Assembly: GCA_007122335.1 (NCBI GenBank)
Contig: SKTZ01000029.1
Location: 5,593-69,592 of the forward strand
Length of the DNA stretch: 64,000 bases
From: Bacillota bacterium
Lineage (GTDB): Bacteria; Bacillota; Halanaerobiia; B1SED10-174
Direction: 5' to 3'
Positions within the stretch are counted from its first letter, which is position 1. Each line of letters opens with the position of its first letter. The notes below the pieces were generated by a model, which ran no database searches, was not told where the DNA came from, and worked only from the letters and a program-made list of their open reading frames with translations. This document shows, one piece after another, positions 26,917-36,324 of the stretch. The position numbers and the translations under genes were made by a program.

Positions 26917-27894
26917 ATGCCAGCTAACCTTACTCCCCAGTATTATGAAGCAGAAAAGGCATATAAGCAGGCCAAAACCGTAGAAGAGAAAATTTCCGCT
27001 CTGCAGGAAATGTTAGCCGTTATTCCCAAACACAAGGGGACCGAAAAGCTGCAGGGGCAGTTAAAAAAGAAATTGTCTAAACTGCGGGAGGAAGGAGAGA
27101 AGAAGAGTAAATCCACTTCCACATATAACCCCTATCGAATAGATAAAGAAGGGGCAGGACAGATAATCCTTATTGGATTGCCCAATGTGGGAAAATCATC
27201 TGTCCTTGGAGCTCTAAGCAATGCCAGGGTAAATATCGCCGAATTTCCTTTTTCCACTGGCATCCCTCTTGCAGGGATGGTTCCCTATGAAGACGTAAAA
27301 ATCCAGGTAATTGATACCCCCCCTCTTGTTGTTGAAGATGTTCCAGGAGAAATGGTCGGGGCTGTCCAGAGAGCGGAAGCAGTGGTTATTGTAATCAATG
27401 CCGGGTCAGGAGAAGCCCTGGACCAGCTGAGTTCAACGGTTGATTTTCTTGAGGAAAAAAGATTGGTCCGAGAAGAAATCCCCGAAGGGGTAAAAGCATT
27501 TCGCCGGGAGGACCTGCTGGTTATCGCCAATAAAATTGATCTGCCAGGGGCCCAGGAAAACCTGGGAATAATAGACGAGCTTTATCCCGATTTAAGGATT
27601 TTGCCCATTTCTGTTAAAACAGGGAAAGGTTTAGAAGAAGTTCCCCGTGTTTTTTTTGAAATGCTTGATGTAATCAGGATCTACAGCAAGGTACCCGGAA
27701 AAGACCCTGATATGGAGGCGCCTTTCGTCCTCCGGCGGGGTGGCACTGTTTTGGAATTTGCTCAGGAAGTGCACAAGGATCTCGCCGATGGACTGGAAAA
27801 AGCCCGAATTTGGGGTTCCGCCAAATTTGATGGTCAACCGGTTCCCCGGGACCATGTCCTTGCTGATAAGGATATAGTTGAACTGCATACTTAA
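26917..27894 (+). CDS. Obg-class GTPase of the Drg/Rbg-like type with C-terminal TGS domain
   Basis: G1 GLPNVGKSS, G3 DTPP, NKID. The N-terminal helical region (HKGTEKLQGQLKKKLSKLREE) resembles Drg proteins. The C-terminal ~80 aa fit a TGS domain. Confidence 0.65.
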   Translation: MPANLTPQYYEAEKAYKQAKTVEEKISALQEMLAVIPKHKGTEKLQGQLKKKLSKLREEGEKKSKSTSTYNPYRIDKEGAGQIILIGLPNVGKSSVLGALSNARVNIAEFPFSTGIPLAGMVPYEDVKIQVIDTPPLVVEDVPGEMVGAVQRAEAVVIVINAGSGEALDQLSSTVDFLEEKRLVREEIPEGVKAFRREDLLVIANKIDLPGAQENLGIIDELYPDLRILPISVKTGKGLEEVPRVFFEMLDVIRIYSKVPGKDPDMEAPFVLRRGGTVLEFAQEVHKDLADGLEKARIWGSAKFDGQPVPRDHVLADKDIVELHT

Positions 27895-27925
27895 CCATTG
27901 TGGAGATTAAAGAGGGGGAGTTTTT

Positions 27926-29323
27926 ATGTTAAGAACATTAAAAAAAATTGTTCATGGCCAGGATGAACACCTGGAAATCAGATATCATAAAAGATTTTCT
28001 ACAGTTATCCAGTTCAAAAATGGAATATTAAAAAAAGGCGAGAGAAAAACCCTTGCAGGTGTGGGTATCAGGGCCCTCGTTGATGGCTGCTGGGGTTTTG
28101 TCTCCACCTCTGATACTGATGAAGATAGTTTGCGGAAGGCTGCAGAGGAAGCTGTAAAAGCGGCCCGGGAAGCAGCAAATTTAAAAAAAGAAAAAATTAA
28201 GGGGCTTGGCGAAGGAGATGCCGGGCAGGGGAAGTTTTACCTTTATCAAAAAGACGAACAGGAACCGGAATTTGGGGAGAAAGTTGTTTCCCTGCAAAAA
28301 GCTGACGGTAAGATCCGGGATGCAGGAGAAGATATAATTGGGTCGATGGTTAATTATCACGTTTTCCAGGATACCAAGGTAATTGTGACTTCCAGTGGTG
28401 CAGAAGCAGAGATTTTTGATCAAAAAAGTGAAATAGGTATTGTTGCTTTTGGTGCTCAGGACGGAAAACAGGAAATGGCGGTAGTTTCTCACGGGGTTAC
28501 AGGAGGCTGGAAAGATCTTTTTGCGAGGGAAGCCCTGGATAAAATGACGGAGCGAGTAGTTGAAATTGTAAGGACAAAACTAAAAGCAGGTTATGCCCGG
28601 GGTGGTGATTATACCGTTATCCTGGATCCTCGTCTTGTAGGGGTCCTGGCTCATGAAGCCATTGGGCACACGGTTGAGGCGGATTTTGTGCTATCCGGTT
28701 CAGTTGTTGCAGATAAAATCGGGGAAAAAGTTGCCAGCGACCTGATTACCCTCATTGATGACGGGACTGAAAAAGGAGTCGGCAAGGTCATTGTTGACGA
28801 TGAGGGGACTGTTTCCAGGCCAACAGTGATAATCGAAAATGGTGTATTGAAAAATTATCTGCACAGTCGAGAAACAGCTCATATGTTTGCCACAGAACCC
28901 AGGGGAAATGCCCGGGCTTATACCTATCGGGATGAGCCTTTGATCCGGATGACCAATACTTTTATTAAACCAGGAAAAGATAAACTGGAGGATATGATTA
29001 AGGGAATTGATGATGGTTTTTTACTGGTTGGAATGGATCAGGGGGGCCAGGCGGATGCAACTGGAGAATTTATGTTTGGAGTGCAGGAAGGATACAGGAT
29101 AAAAAATGGAGAGATAAAAGAACCAGTTAAAGGGATCAATATTTCCGGTCAGGCTTTCGAAGTTCTGAAAAGTGCAGACGCCCTGAGCAGTGAATTTAAA
29201 CTGGATCTGGGGGCGGGTTACTGCGGGAAAATGCAGCCTGCCAAAGCCGATGCCGGAGGACCATATCTTCGCTGCCGGGTAAAAATTGGGGGGCAGAAGG
29301 GAGAGGAGGAACAAGATGAGTAA
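27926..29323 (+). CDS. tldD: TldD-family metalloprotease
   Basis: HEAIGH motif and the Gly-rich C-terminal region of the TldD/PmbA family. Confidence 0.8.
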   Translation: MLRTLKKIVHGQDEHLEIRYHKRFSTVIQFKNGILKKGERKTLAGVGIRALVDGCWGFVSTSDTDEDSLRKAAEEAVKAAREAANLKKEKIKGLGEGDAGQGKFYLYQKDEQEPEFGEKVVSLQKADGKIRDAGEDIIGSMVNYHVFQDTKVIVTSSGAEAEIFDQKSEIGIVAFGAQDGKQEMAVVSHGVTGGWKDLFAREALDKMTERVVEIVRTKLKAGYARGGDYTVILDPRLVGVLAHEAIGHTVEADFVLSGSVVADKIGEKVASDLITLIDDGTEKGVGKVIVDDEGTVSRPTVIIENGVLKNYLHSRETAHMFATEPRGNARAYTYRDEPLIRMTNTFIKPGKDKLEDMIKGIDDGFLLVGMDQGGQADATGEFMFGVQEGYRIKNGEIKEPVKGINISGQAFEVLKSADALSSEFKLDLGAGYCGKMQPAKADAGGPYLRCRVKIGGQKGEEEQDE

Positions 29324-30650
29324 TCGGGACATTTACCTTGAAGCCCTGGAATTTGGGAAAAAAACCGGTGCAGATCATGTAGAGGTGTTTTTTAACAAGA
29401 GCAAAACCCTGGAAGTAGTAATTGAAAAAAACGATTTACAGGTTCCCAAAGGGGATAAATACCAGGGGATAGGTGTCAGGATATTTAAAAATGGGAAAAT
29501 CGGGTTTGCCTCTACCAACCTCTTAACCACGGAGTCAATCCAGGAAACAGTTCGATCTGCCCTTGATCTTGCGGAAAATTCTCCTGCCGACCCCGATCAG
29601 GGACTCCCTGAACCCATGCCCTTAAAAGAGGTCGAGGGAATATTTGACCCGAGGGGAGAAAGTGTTGTCCTGGCTGATCTGATAAATAAAGGGAATGAAT
29701 TCATGGAACAAACCAGGGGGACAGATAGCAGGGTAACAATTGATACAGCTTCTTTTAAAGCGGAAATTATTGAAAGAGCGATTGTAAATACCCGGGGGAT
29801 ACAGGCCGAAGAAAAGAAAACCAAATTTGAAAGTGTGGCCATGGGTTTTGCCCGGGACGGAGAAGATGTTTCCTCTTTCGATTTAGAATATTTGGTTACT
29901 CCCGAGTGGGAAAAATTAAAAACCGGAGAAATTGGAGAACGATTGAGGAAAAAAGTTGTGGGGAACCTTGGTGCGGAAACCATTCCTGGATTTAAGGGTA
30001 GTGTAATATTGTCCCCATTTGCAGCGGTTATGCTTCTTTTTTCTCCCATTGTTTTTGGGGTTAATGCAGATAATGTGCAGAATGGAATTTCTCCCTGGAG
30101 GGAGAAGATGGGCCAAAAAGTTTCTTCCGAATTTCTCTCCATTGAAGATGATGGATCCCTGCCGGGGGAAATTGGATCGAAGATGTTTGACCGGGAGGGG
30201 ATCTCTCCTCAGCGCTTGGAGGTAATAAGCAATGGGAAATTGAACGCCTGGCTTCACAACTACTATACTGCTTCCAAAGCGGGAGAAAAACCAACAGGAC
30301 ATGCTTCCGGCGGAGACCAGTCTCTTCCTGGTATTGGTCCCAATAATTTTATAATCAAACCCGGCCAGGAAAGTTTGGATGAAATAATTAACTCAATTGA
30401 CCGGGGTTTAATTGTTACAAGGTATTCCGGCGGTTCTGATCCGGTGAGTGGCGATTTTTCAGGGGTGGTAAAAGGTGGTTATTTAATCGAAAAAGGAAAA
30501 GACCTTAAACCGGTTAAAGAAGTAATGATTGCAGGAAACGTTTATAAGCTTCTTCATCAGCTGCTGGCTTTATCCAATGAAACTCAGAGGGTTATGAACT
30601 TCAATTCTCCTTATGTTGCGATTGAAGGAGTATCGGTAACCGGGAAATAA
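29316..30650 (+). CDS. pmbA: PmbA/TldE-family protein
   Basis: Paralogous TldD/PmbA fold without the HExxxH motif. Directly follows tldD with an 8-nt overlap. Confidence 0.75.
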   Translation: MSNRDIYLEALEFGKKTGADHVEVFFNKSKTLEVVIEKNDLQVPKGDKYQGIGVRIFKNGKIGFASTNLLTTESIQETVRSALDLAENSPADPDQGLPEPMPLKEVEGIFDPRGESVVLADLINKGNEFMEQTRGTDSRVTIDTASFKAEIIERAIVNTRGIQAEEKKTKFESVAMGFARDGEDVSSFDLEYLVTPEWEKLKTGEIGERLRKKVVGNLGAETIPGFKGSVILSPFAAVMLLFSPIVFGVNADNVQNGISPWREKMGQKVSSEFLSIEDDGSLPGEIGSKMFDREGISPQRLEVISNGKLNAWLHNYYTASKAGEKPTGHASGGDQSLPGIGPNNFIIKPGQESLDEIINSIDRGLIVTRYSGGSDPVSGDFSGVVKGGYLIEKGKDLKPVKEVMIAGNVYKLLHQLLALSNETQRVMNFNSPYVAIEGVSVTGK

Positions 30651-30658
30651 GCTGAAAT

Positions 30659-30686
30659 AGGCCCTTTAAACAGGGCCTGTTTTTTT
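30659..30686 (+). terminator. rho-independent terminator
   Basis: AGGCCCT-TTAAAC-AGGGCCT hairpin followed by GTTTTTTT. Confidence 0.8.
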
Positions 30687-30808
30687 GCAACACATGTTGC
30701 AGAGTTTATTAGTGAAAGGAAAAGAAAATGGTTATTAATAAGGTGTAATCTTAATAAATAGGGGAAAGAGTGCTATGTGTCTGCTAAATTTGAATAAACA
30801 GCTAAAAT

Positions 30809-30837
30809 TTGCAATCGAAAAATAATGTTGCTATACT
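30809..30837 (+). promoter_or_regulatory. sigma-A promoter of the opuC-like operon
   Basis: TTGCAA - 17 nt - (TGc)TATACT with an extended -10. Confidence 0.5.
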
Positions 30838-30888
30838 AAAGAAGTCTAAAAATAAAAAGGAAATGAATAGAAAAAGGAGGTAAACCTC

Positions 30889-31572
30889 TTGGAGTTTTTG
30901 CGAGAAATTTTGTGGCAGGTTGCCCCAATTCGCTATTTTTTTGAAAATATCTCTAGAATTATTACTTACACACAAAACCATCTTGAATTAACAATGGTTG
31001 GGGTTATCCTGGCAATTATTCTCTGGGTAAGTGTGGGAATAATTATTTACCGGTATCCTAAATTGAGCCATGGGGTTTTAGGAATTGCCAGTATTGTTAT
31101 GTGTATTCCCAGTATTGCCCTTTACGGAATTCTCCTTACCCTTCCGGGTTTTGGCCTGGGCCGAACCAGTGCTTTAACCGCCCTGGTTCTCTATGCAATG
31201 CTACCTATTGTCCGGAATGTTTTTGTCGCCCTGCGCAGTGTAGATCCATCTATACTGGATGCGGCAAAAGGAATGGGGATGTCCAAACAGGAGGTTCTCT
31301 GGGAAGTGCAGATTCCCAATGCTCTCCCAACTATTTTCGCCGGGGTGCGGGTAGCACTTGTTATGATGGTTGGTATTGCTACTCTGGCCACATATATTGG
31401 GGAGCAAAATTTAGGCCGTTTAATTCAACACGGGATTACCAGAACCCATCCAACAATGATCATTGTAGGAGCGGTTGTAGTTTCAATAATTGCTATTGGG
31501 ATTGACCTTTTAATGGGGCTTTTAGGAAAACATTTAATTTCCAAAGGACTCCAACTTGAAGAGAGTAAATAG
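30889..31572 (+). CDS. glycine betaine/choline ABC transporter permease (OpuCB-like)
   Basis: Binding-protein-dependent transport permease pattern. TTG start after AAAGGAGG. Confidence 0.75.
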   Translation: MEFLREILWQVAPIRYFFENISRIITYTQNHLELTMVGVILAIILWVSVGIIIYRYPKLSHGVLGIASIVMCIPSIALYGILLTLPGFGLGRTSALTALVLYAMLPIVRNVFVALRSVDPSILDAAKGMGMSKQEVLWEVQIPNALPTIFAGVRVALVMMVGIATLATYIGEQNLGRLIQHGITRTHPTMIIVGAVVVSIIAIGIDLLMGLLGKHLISKGLQLEESK

Positions 31573-31590
31573 AGGGGGGACCAGACAAAT

Positions 31591-32715
31591 ATGATCCGGT
31601 TAGAGGGAATTGGAAAAGAATTCGGAGATTTTACAGCGGTAAAGGAGCTTTCCCTGGAAATTCCGGAAGGAAAAACCTGTGTAATGGTTGGCCCTTCGGG
31701 ATGCGGGAAAACCACAACTATGCGTATGGTTAACCGCTTGATTGAGCCCACTCGCGGGACAGTGTATATTGATGAACAGGACTATAAAAAGAAAAAGGTG
31801 GAAATTCTACGCCGGGATATCGGTTATGTAATCCAGGAAGTGGGTCTCTTCCCCCACAGAACTATTGCAGAAAATATTTCCACAACACCAAAACTTGCGG
31901 GCTGGGATGATAAAAAAATCAAAAAACGGGTAGATGAACTACTGGAGATAGTGGAGCTGAACCCGGAGGAAAATCGGAATAAGTTTCCCCGACAACTCAG
32001 TGGTGGACAGCGTCAGCGCGTGGGCCTGGCCCGGGCAATGGCTGCTGACCCTCCGGTAATGCTTATGGATGAGCCCTTTGCCGCAGTTGATCCGATTACT
32101 AGGGAAAATCTGCAGAATATGTTCCTTCGTTTACAGCGGAAAATGAAAAAAACAATAATTTTTGTAACTCACGACATCAACGAAGCAATAAAAATGGGAG
32201 ATCAGATAGCGATTTTAAAAGAAGGCGAACTTGTCCAGGCCGATACTCCAGAAGAGCTGCTTGCTAATCCCAAAAATCAGTTTGTTACTGATTTTATCGG
32301 TGTGGATAGGGCGATTAAGATTCTGGACCTGTTTTCAACTGATGAGGTAATGTGGACTGAAGCTCCGGTTATTTCCAAAAAAAATATGCAAGAAGAAGCC
32401 CAGAAACTTATTGAAAAGGGAGAAAAAGGCATTCCGGTAATAGTTGAGGACGAGCAGGGAAACAAATTCTGGTTTGATCTTGATGAACTGGAAAGCGGAC
32501 AGTCCCTGGAAGAAATTATACGTCCCCTTGAAATAACTCTTGAACCTACAAATTCAATTAAGCTTGCCATGGCCAGAATGCTGGAGCACAACAATGATGC
32601 AGTTTTAATCATTGGAGATGATGATGAAGAACCCGGAATTTTAACCCTAAAAGGGATCCGCAACTATGTTTACAGAATTTGTGCTTCTGACCCCGGTGAA
32701 AAGGTGGAGATTTAA
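31591..32715 (+). CDS. glycine betaine/carnitine/choline ABC transporter ATP-binding protein with C-terminal CBS pair (OpuCA/ProV-like)
   Basis: Walker A GPSGCGKTT, signature LSGGQRQRVGLARA, Walker B LLMDEP. C-terminal CBS domains. Confidence 0.85.
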   Translation: MIRLEGIGKEFGDFTAVKELSLEIPEGKTCVMVGPSGCGKTTTMRMVNRLIEPTRGTVYIDEQDYKKKKVEILRRDIGYVIQEVGLFPHRTIAENISTTPKLAGWDDKKIKKRVDELLEIVELNPEENRNKFPRQLSGGQRQRVGLARAMAADPPVMLMDEPFAAVDPITRENLQNMFLRLQRKMKKTIIFVTHDINEAIKMGDQIAILKEGELVQADTPEELLANPKNQFVTDFIGVDRAIKILDLFSTDEVMWTEAPVISKKNMQEEAQKLIEKGEKGIPVIVEDEQGNKFWFDLDELESGQSLEEIIRPLEITLEPTNSIKLAMARMLEHNNDAVLIIGDDDEEPGILTLKGIRNYVYRICASDPGEKVEI

Positions 32716-32718
32716 ACC

Positions 32719-33396
32719 ATGAGTATTACAATTGCTAACTTTTTTAGTAATTTTGCTGAGATCTATGGTCCGATTTTTTCGGAACGAATTCCTCCCCTTT
32801 TAATTCAGCATATTCAACTGGTTTTTCTGGCCACGGGAATTGCAATTTTAATTGGGGTTCCTCTGGGTATTTTCCTAACCCGACCTGCGCTGCGCAAACA
32901 CAGCCAGAAGGTTCTTAATTTTGTTAACATAGGGCAGGCAGTCCCGGGTTTGGCCCTGATCGCGATATTCCTGCCTATTCTGGGGATAGGTTATATTCCT
33001 GCTGTTGTTGCACTGGTTATTTACGGACTCCTGCCAATTGTTCGTAATACAATAGCCGGGCTTGAAGCAGTAGATGATAAAGTTAAAGAAGCCGCCCGGG
33101 GAATGGGGATGTATAATAACCAGGTTTTATGGCAAATTGAATTTCCCCTTGCTTTCCCTGTTATTATGGCTGGAATAAAAACTTCTGCGGTAATAACCGT
33201 TGGAACTGCAACCCTGGCTGCCCTGATCGGGGGAGGCGGATTGGGAAGATTGATTTTTACTGGGATCTCCCTTTTCCGCCCTGAATTTATTCTTGCCGGT
33301 TCAGGTACTGCTGCTGTTTTGGCCATAATAATGGAAAAAGGCTTGAGTTTTTTTGAAAGGGTGGTGGTAAAAGAGCGAATGCCGCTGGACTTCTAA
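32719..33396 (+). CDS. ABC transporter permease (OpuCD-like)
   Basis: Second permease paralog of the operon. Confidence 0.75.
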   Translation: MSITIANFFSNFAEIYGPIFSERIPPLLIQHIQLVFLATGIAILIGVPLGIFLTRPALRKHSQKVLNFVNIGQAVPGLALIAIFLPILGIGYIPAVVALVIYGLLPIVRNTIAGLEAVDDKVKEAARGMGMYNNQVLWQIEFPLAFPVIMAGIKTSAVITVGTATLAALIGGGGLGRLIFTGISLFRPEFILAGSGTAAVLAIIMEKGLSFFERVVVKERMPLDF

Positions 33397-33447
33397 AAGA
33401 AGTGCTAACCAGGCAATTAGTTCCAAAAAAATGAGGAGGTTTGATTC

Positions 33448-34359
33448 TTGAATAAAAAAGTTTTAATTGGAGTAGTTGCAATTCTGGTGTTACTTGGTTT
33501 ATTTATGGTTTTTTCTCCAGAGGACGATCCTGCAATCACCGTAGCTTCTAAGATGTGGACTGAACAGTTTATTCTAGGAGAGATCTTATACCAGTACCTT
33601 GAAGCTGAAGGATATCCCGTTGAAGACCAGATTGGTTTGGGTGAGACAGATATTTTGCGCCCTGCCATTGAGACGGGTGAAATAGATGTTTACTGGGAGT
33701 ATACAGGAACCGTCCTGGTAACAGTTATGGGTGAAGAAGAAATTAGTGAGTCAGAAAAAGCATATCAAATGGTAAGGGACTGGGATATTGAAGAGAATAA
33801 TCTGGTCTGGCTGGATTATGCTCCGGCCAATAATACCTATACACTCATGGTCAGGGAAGAATGGGCAGATGAAAGAGGAATTGCAACTATTTCCGAACTG
33901 GGGGATTACATGGAAGAGAATCCGGATGAACGAATTCGCCTGGCCTTAAACGAAGATTTCTGGGAGCGCCCCGATGGAATTCCAGGGCTACAGGAACTTT
34001 ATGGCTTTGAATTTGATGGTGCCCAGGCAAGGTTTATGGCGATTGGTTTGACTTACGGGGCTTTGAATGAGGAAGAAGCAGAAGTAGCGATGGGATTTGC
34101 AACAGATGGCCGGATCCCTGCCTTTAATTTCCTCCTGCTTGAAGATGACAAGAGCTTTTTCCCGGCATACAATGTAACCCCGGTAATTCGGGCTGAGATT
34201 CTGGAAACCTATGATGGCCTGGAAGAAGCGATTAATCGTATCTCTCCCAGGCTTGATATGGAAACTTTAATGCGACTGAATATGCTGGTAGATGTAGAAG
34301 GGCAGGAGCCGGAAGATGTTGCAAGAGACTGGTTGCAGGAAGAGGGATTAATTGATTAA
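33448..34359 (+). CDS. glycine betaine-type substrate-binding protein (OpuCC/OpuAC family), membrane anchored
   Basis: N-terminal TM anchor followed by the periplasmic binding fold typical of betaine SBPs. TTG start after GAGGAGG. Confidence 0.7.
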   Translation: MNKKVLIGVVAILVLLGLFMVFSPEDDPAITVASKMWTEQFILGEILYQYLEAEGYPVEDQIGLGETDILRPAIETGEIDVYWEYTGTVLVTVMGEEEISESEKAYQMVRDWDIEENNLVWLDYAPANNTYTLMVREEWADERGIATISELGDYMEENPDERIRLALNEDFWERPDGIPGLQELYGFEFDGAQARFMAIGLTYGALNEEEAEVAMGFATDGRIPAFNFLLLEDDKSFFPAYNVTPVIRAEILETYDGLEEAINRISPRLDMETLMRLNMLVDVEGQEPEDVARDWLQEEGLID

Positions 34360-34489
34360 AGAATAAGGGTAGCCTGAAAGGCCGGAAGAAATTTCTTCCG
34401 GCCTTGTTTACTTTTCGAAGAGTAAGATGTTAAATCTATTTTGAAGAAAAAACTGAAAATTTCGAATAAAAATTTCGGAAGGAAAATTA

Positions 34490-34518
34490 TTGACAGGGGG
34501 TCAGGGGTGTGGCATAAT
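34490..34518 (+). promoter_or_regulatory. near-consensus sigma-A promoter with extended -10
   Basis: TTGACA - 17 nt - (TGg)CATAAT. It precedes an ~80-nt leader that contains a GTGAAAAAAA direct repeat. Confidence 0.6.
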
Positions 34519-34604
34519 TATATTGTGAAAAAAAGAACGAAGTAAAGAAAATATTTTTTTACTAAGTTTCGTGAAAAAAAACACAAGAGAATGGGGGGGT
34601 ATTC

Positions 34605-35573
34605 ATGGCAGTAATGGGCAACTTTGTTTTGATGGCTTTGGTTTTGGGGGGATTATTGTTCTTCTCTTTATTAACCGCCTTTGTGAATAATTTCATTTAC
34701 TTTCCCTTACTTTTTTTTGCTGTTCTTGGGTTCTTGTTTCGTTATGCAAAAGAACTAAAAGAAAAAATCATTCCCAAAATTTCCCGGGAAGATTTATTGC
34801 TGATCCTTTGTGTCCTGGGAGGAACTGTGATTACTTTCCTTCTAAATAATCACCTGGAACTGGGAAGTATAATACCTGCAGCGCTGGTGGGATTGGTTGC
34901 CGCGCTTTTTGCGGGGAAAAAAGCTGGTCCTATTTACTGTGGTGCCTTTGTGGGGATGGCCTGCCAGGAGGTGAGCGGAACTTTTTATTCCATTCTTCTG
35001 GCGGGACTTTTGGCCGGGGGATTATTTGTTTTAAATAAAAATCATTTTAATGGTTTTGGGGGAAAACTTGGGATATTGGCTTTCACAGGGTGTCTCGTAG
35101 TATTTTTCCTTCGGGGGGAAGAATTTTCAAGTCTGATTATTGAAGGTTCCCGGTTAAAATGGATGATAGTTTTTTATTCTGTCCTGGGAGCTGTCCTGAC
35201 CTATTTTGGAAGTTTCAGGTTAAACCAGGGGCCTGTCTTATCTTCTGCCCTTACAGGGTTGGTAGGGGGGATAATTTTACCCTCGATTTTTCCGGAGGTA
35301 GGCCTTTTGCTTGCCGGGGCTATGTTCTGCGGAGCTTTTGTGGGGATGTCTTCTCCAGAACGTTTACCCAATGAAGGTTTTATTGTAATAGCGGCCATTT
35401 TTGCTGGAATTTTCTTTGTTTACAGTTCCTCTTATCTTGGGGGAACAGGTGGAAAATTAGGGGCAATTGCCTTCATAAGCACTATCGGGGTAAGAGGATT
35501 GGCGGATCTATACCTCCAGTTCTGGGTCCCTTACCGGACCAAAGTTGTTTCCCTTCTTTTAAAAAACCTGTAA
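34605..35573 (+). CDS. Gly-rich polytopic membrane protein with internal duplication
   Basis: Two homologous halves (..CGAFVGMACQEVSG..GGKLGILAFTG.. and ..CGAFVGMSSPERL..GGKLGAIAFIS..). No known catalytic motif. Confidence 0.45.
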   Translation: MAVMGNFVLMALVLGGLLFFSLLTAFVNNFIYFPLLFFAVLGFLFRYAKELKEKIIPKISREDLLLILCVLGGTVITFLLNNHLELGSIIPAALVGLVAALFAGKKAGPIYCGAFVGMACQEVSGTFYSILLAGLLAGGLFVLNKNHFNGFGGKLGILAFTGCLVVFFLRGEEFSSLIIEGSRLKWMIVFYSVLGAVLTYFGSFRLNQGPVLSSALTGLVGGIILPSIFPEVGLLLAGAMFCGAFVGMSSPERLPNEGFIVIAAIFAGIFFVYSSSYLGGTGGKLGAIAFISTIGVRGLADLYLQFWVPYRTKVVSLLLKNL

Positions 35574-35826
35574 AAGGATTTCGGGGGTTTTTAGGGAACT
35601 AATTGTATAATTGTACACCGTAGGAAAAGATAATTAAAAAGAGGCTTTTTTCTTCCCCCCTTTTTGGAATAGTTTTTCGGGAGGCGGGAGGAACTCTTTT
35701 CCCTGTAACCCTGTTTTCTTTTCGAAATTTATTCTTTGCAGGGAGAAAAGATTTTTTGTTGAATGAAAAAAAGAGAGTTCTCCAACAGAAGAAGGAGGTG
35801 AAAAGCGCGAAATAGGGCGCTGATTT

Positions 35827-36318
35827 ATGGCAAAAACTATTGAGCAGGAAAACTACCGCGAAAAAGTGGAAGAAATTGTGGCTTTTTTCCCTGAAAAAAA
35901 AGGAGCATTAATACCAGCCCTACAGGCGATCCAAAAGGAATTTGGTTACCTGCCACGTCCCGCTCTGGAGGTTCTTTCAGGATCCTTGCGAATGCCTCTG
36001 AGCACAATTTTTGGAGTGGCTACTTTTTATGCCCAGTTTCATTTGCAGCCCAGAGGTAAACATATTGTCCGGGTTTGTATGGGCACTGCCTGCCACGTTC
36101 GAGGAGGCCAAAAACTTCTGGCGACCCTGGAAAATGAACTTGGAGTTGAGGCAGGGGGAACCACTGAAGATCTGAATTTCACCCTGGAGGAAGTAGCCTG
36201 TATTGGAGCGTGTGGTCTTGCTCCAGCAGTTATGGTAGACGATGAAACATACGGCAGATTGACCTCTGACAAATTAACCGAAGTCCTTGACCAGTACCGG
36301 AAGGGAAAGGAGGGATAA
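35827..36318 (+). CDS. NuoE/HydC/HoxE-family [2Fe-2S] thioredoxin-like ferredoxin subunit
   Basis: Four-Cys pattern (CMGTAC...C..C in VCMGTACHVRG...ACIGACGLAPA) of the 24-kDa subunit family. Confidence 0.8.
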   Translation: MAKTIEQENYREKVEEIVAFFPEKKGALIPALQAIQKEFGYLPRPALEVLSGSLRMPLSTIFGVATFYAQFHLQPRGKHIVRVCMGTACHVRGGQKLLATLENELGVEAGGTTEDLNFTLEEVACIGACGLAPAVMVDDETYGRLTSDKLTEVLDQYRKGKEG

Positions 36319-36324
36319 AGGGAA

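Noticed and set aside
29597-30302. Minus-strand ORFs of 181 and 128 aa
   Set aside because: Antisense to pmbA with clear family motifs on the + strand. No supporting signals.
30687-30706. Palindrome GCAAC-ACAT-GTTGC after the pmbA terminator
   Set aside because: Short 5-bp hairpin with no obvious function. Possibly part of terminator context.
35574-35826. Rex operator (TTGTGAA-N4-TTCACAA-like) upstream of the NuoEF operons
   Set aside because: Manual scan of both upstream regions (35574-35826, 49592-49782) found only weak partial matches (TTGTTGA...CAACAG at the wrong spacing). No call made.
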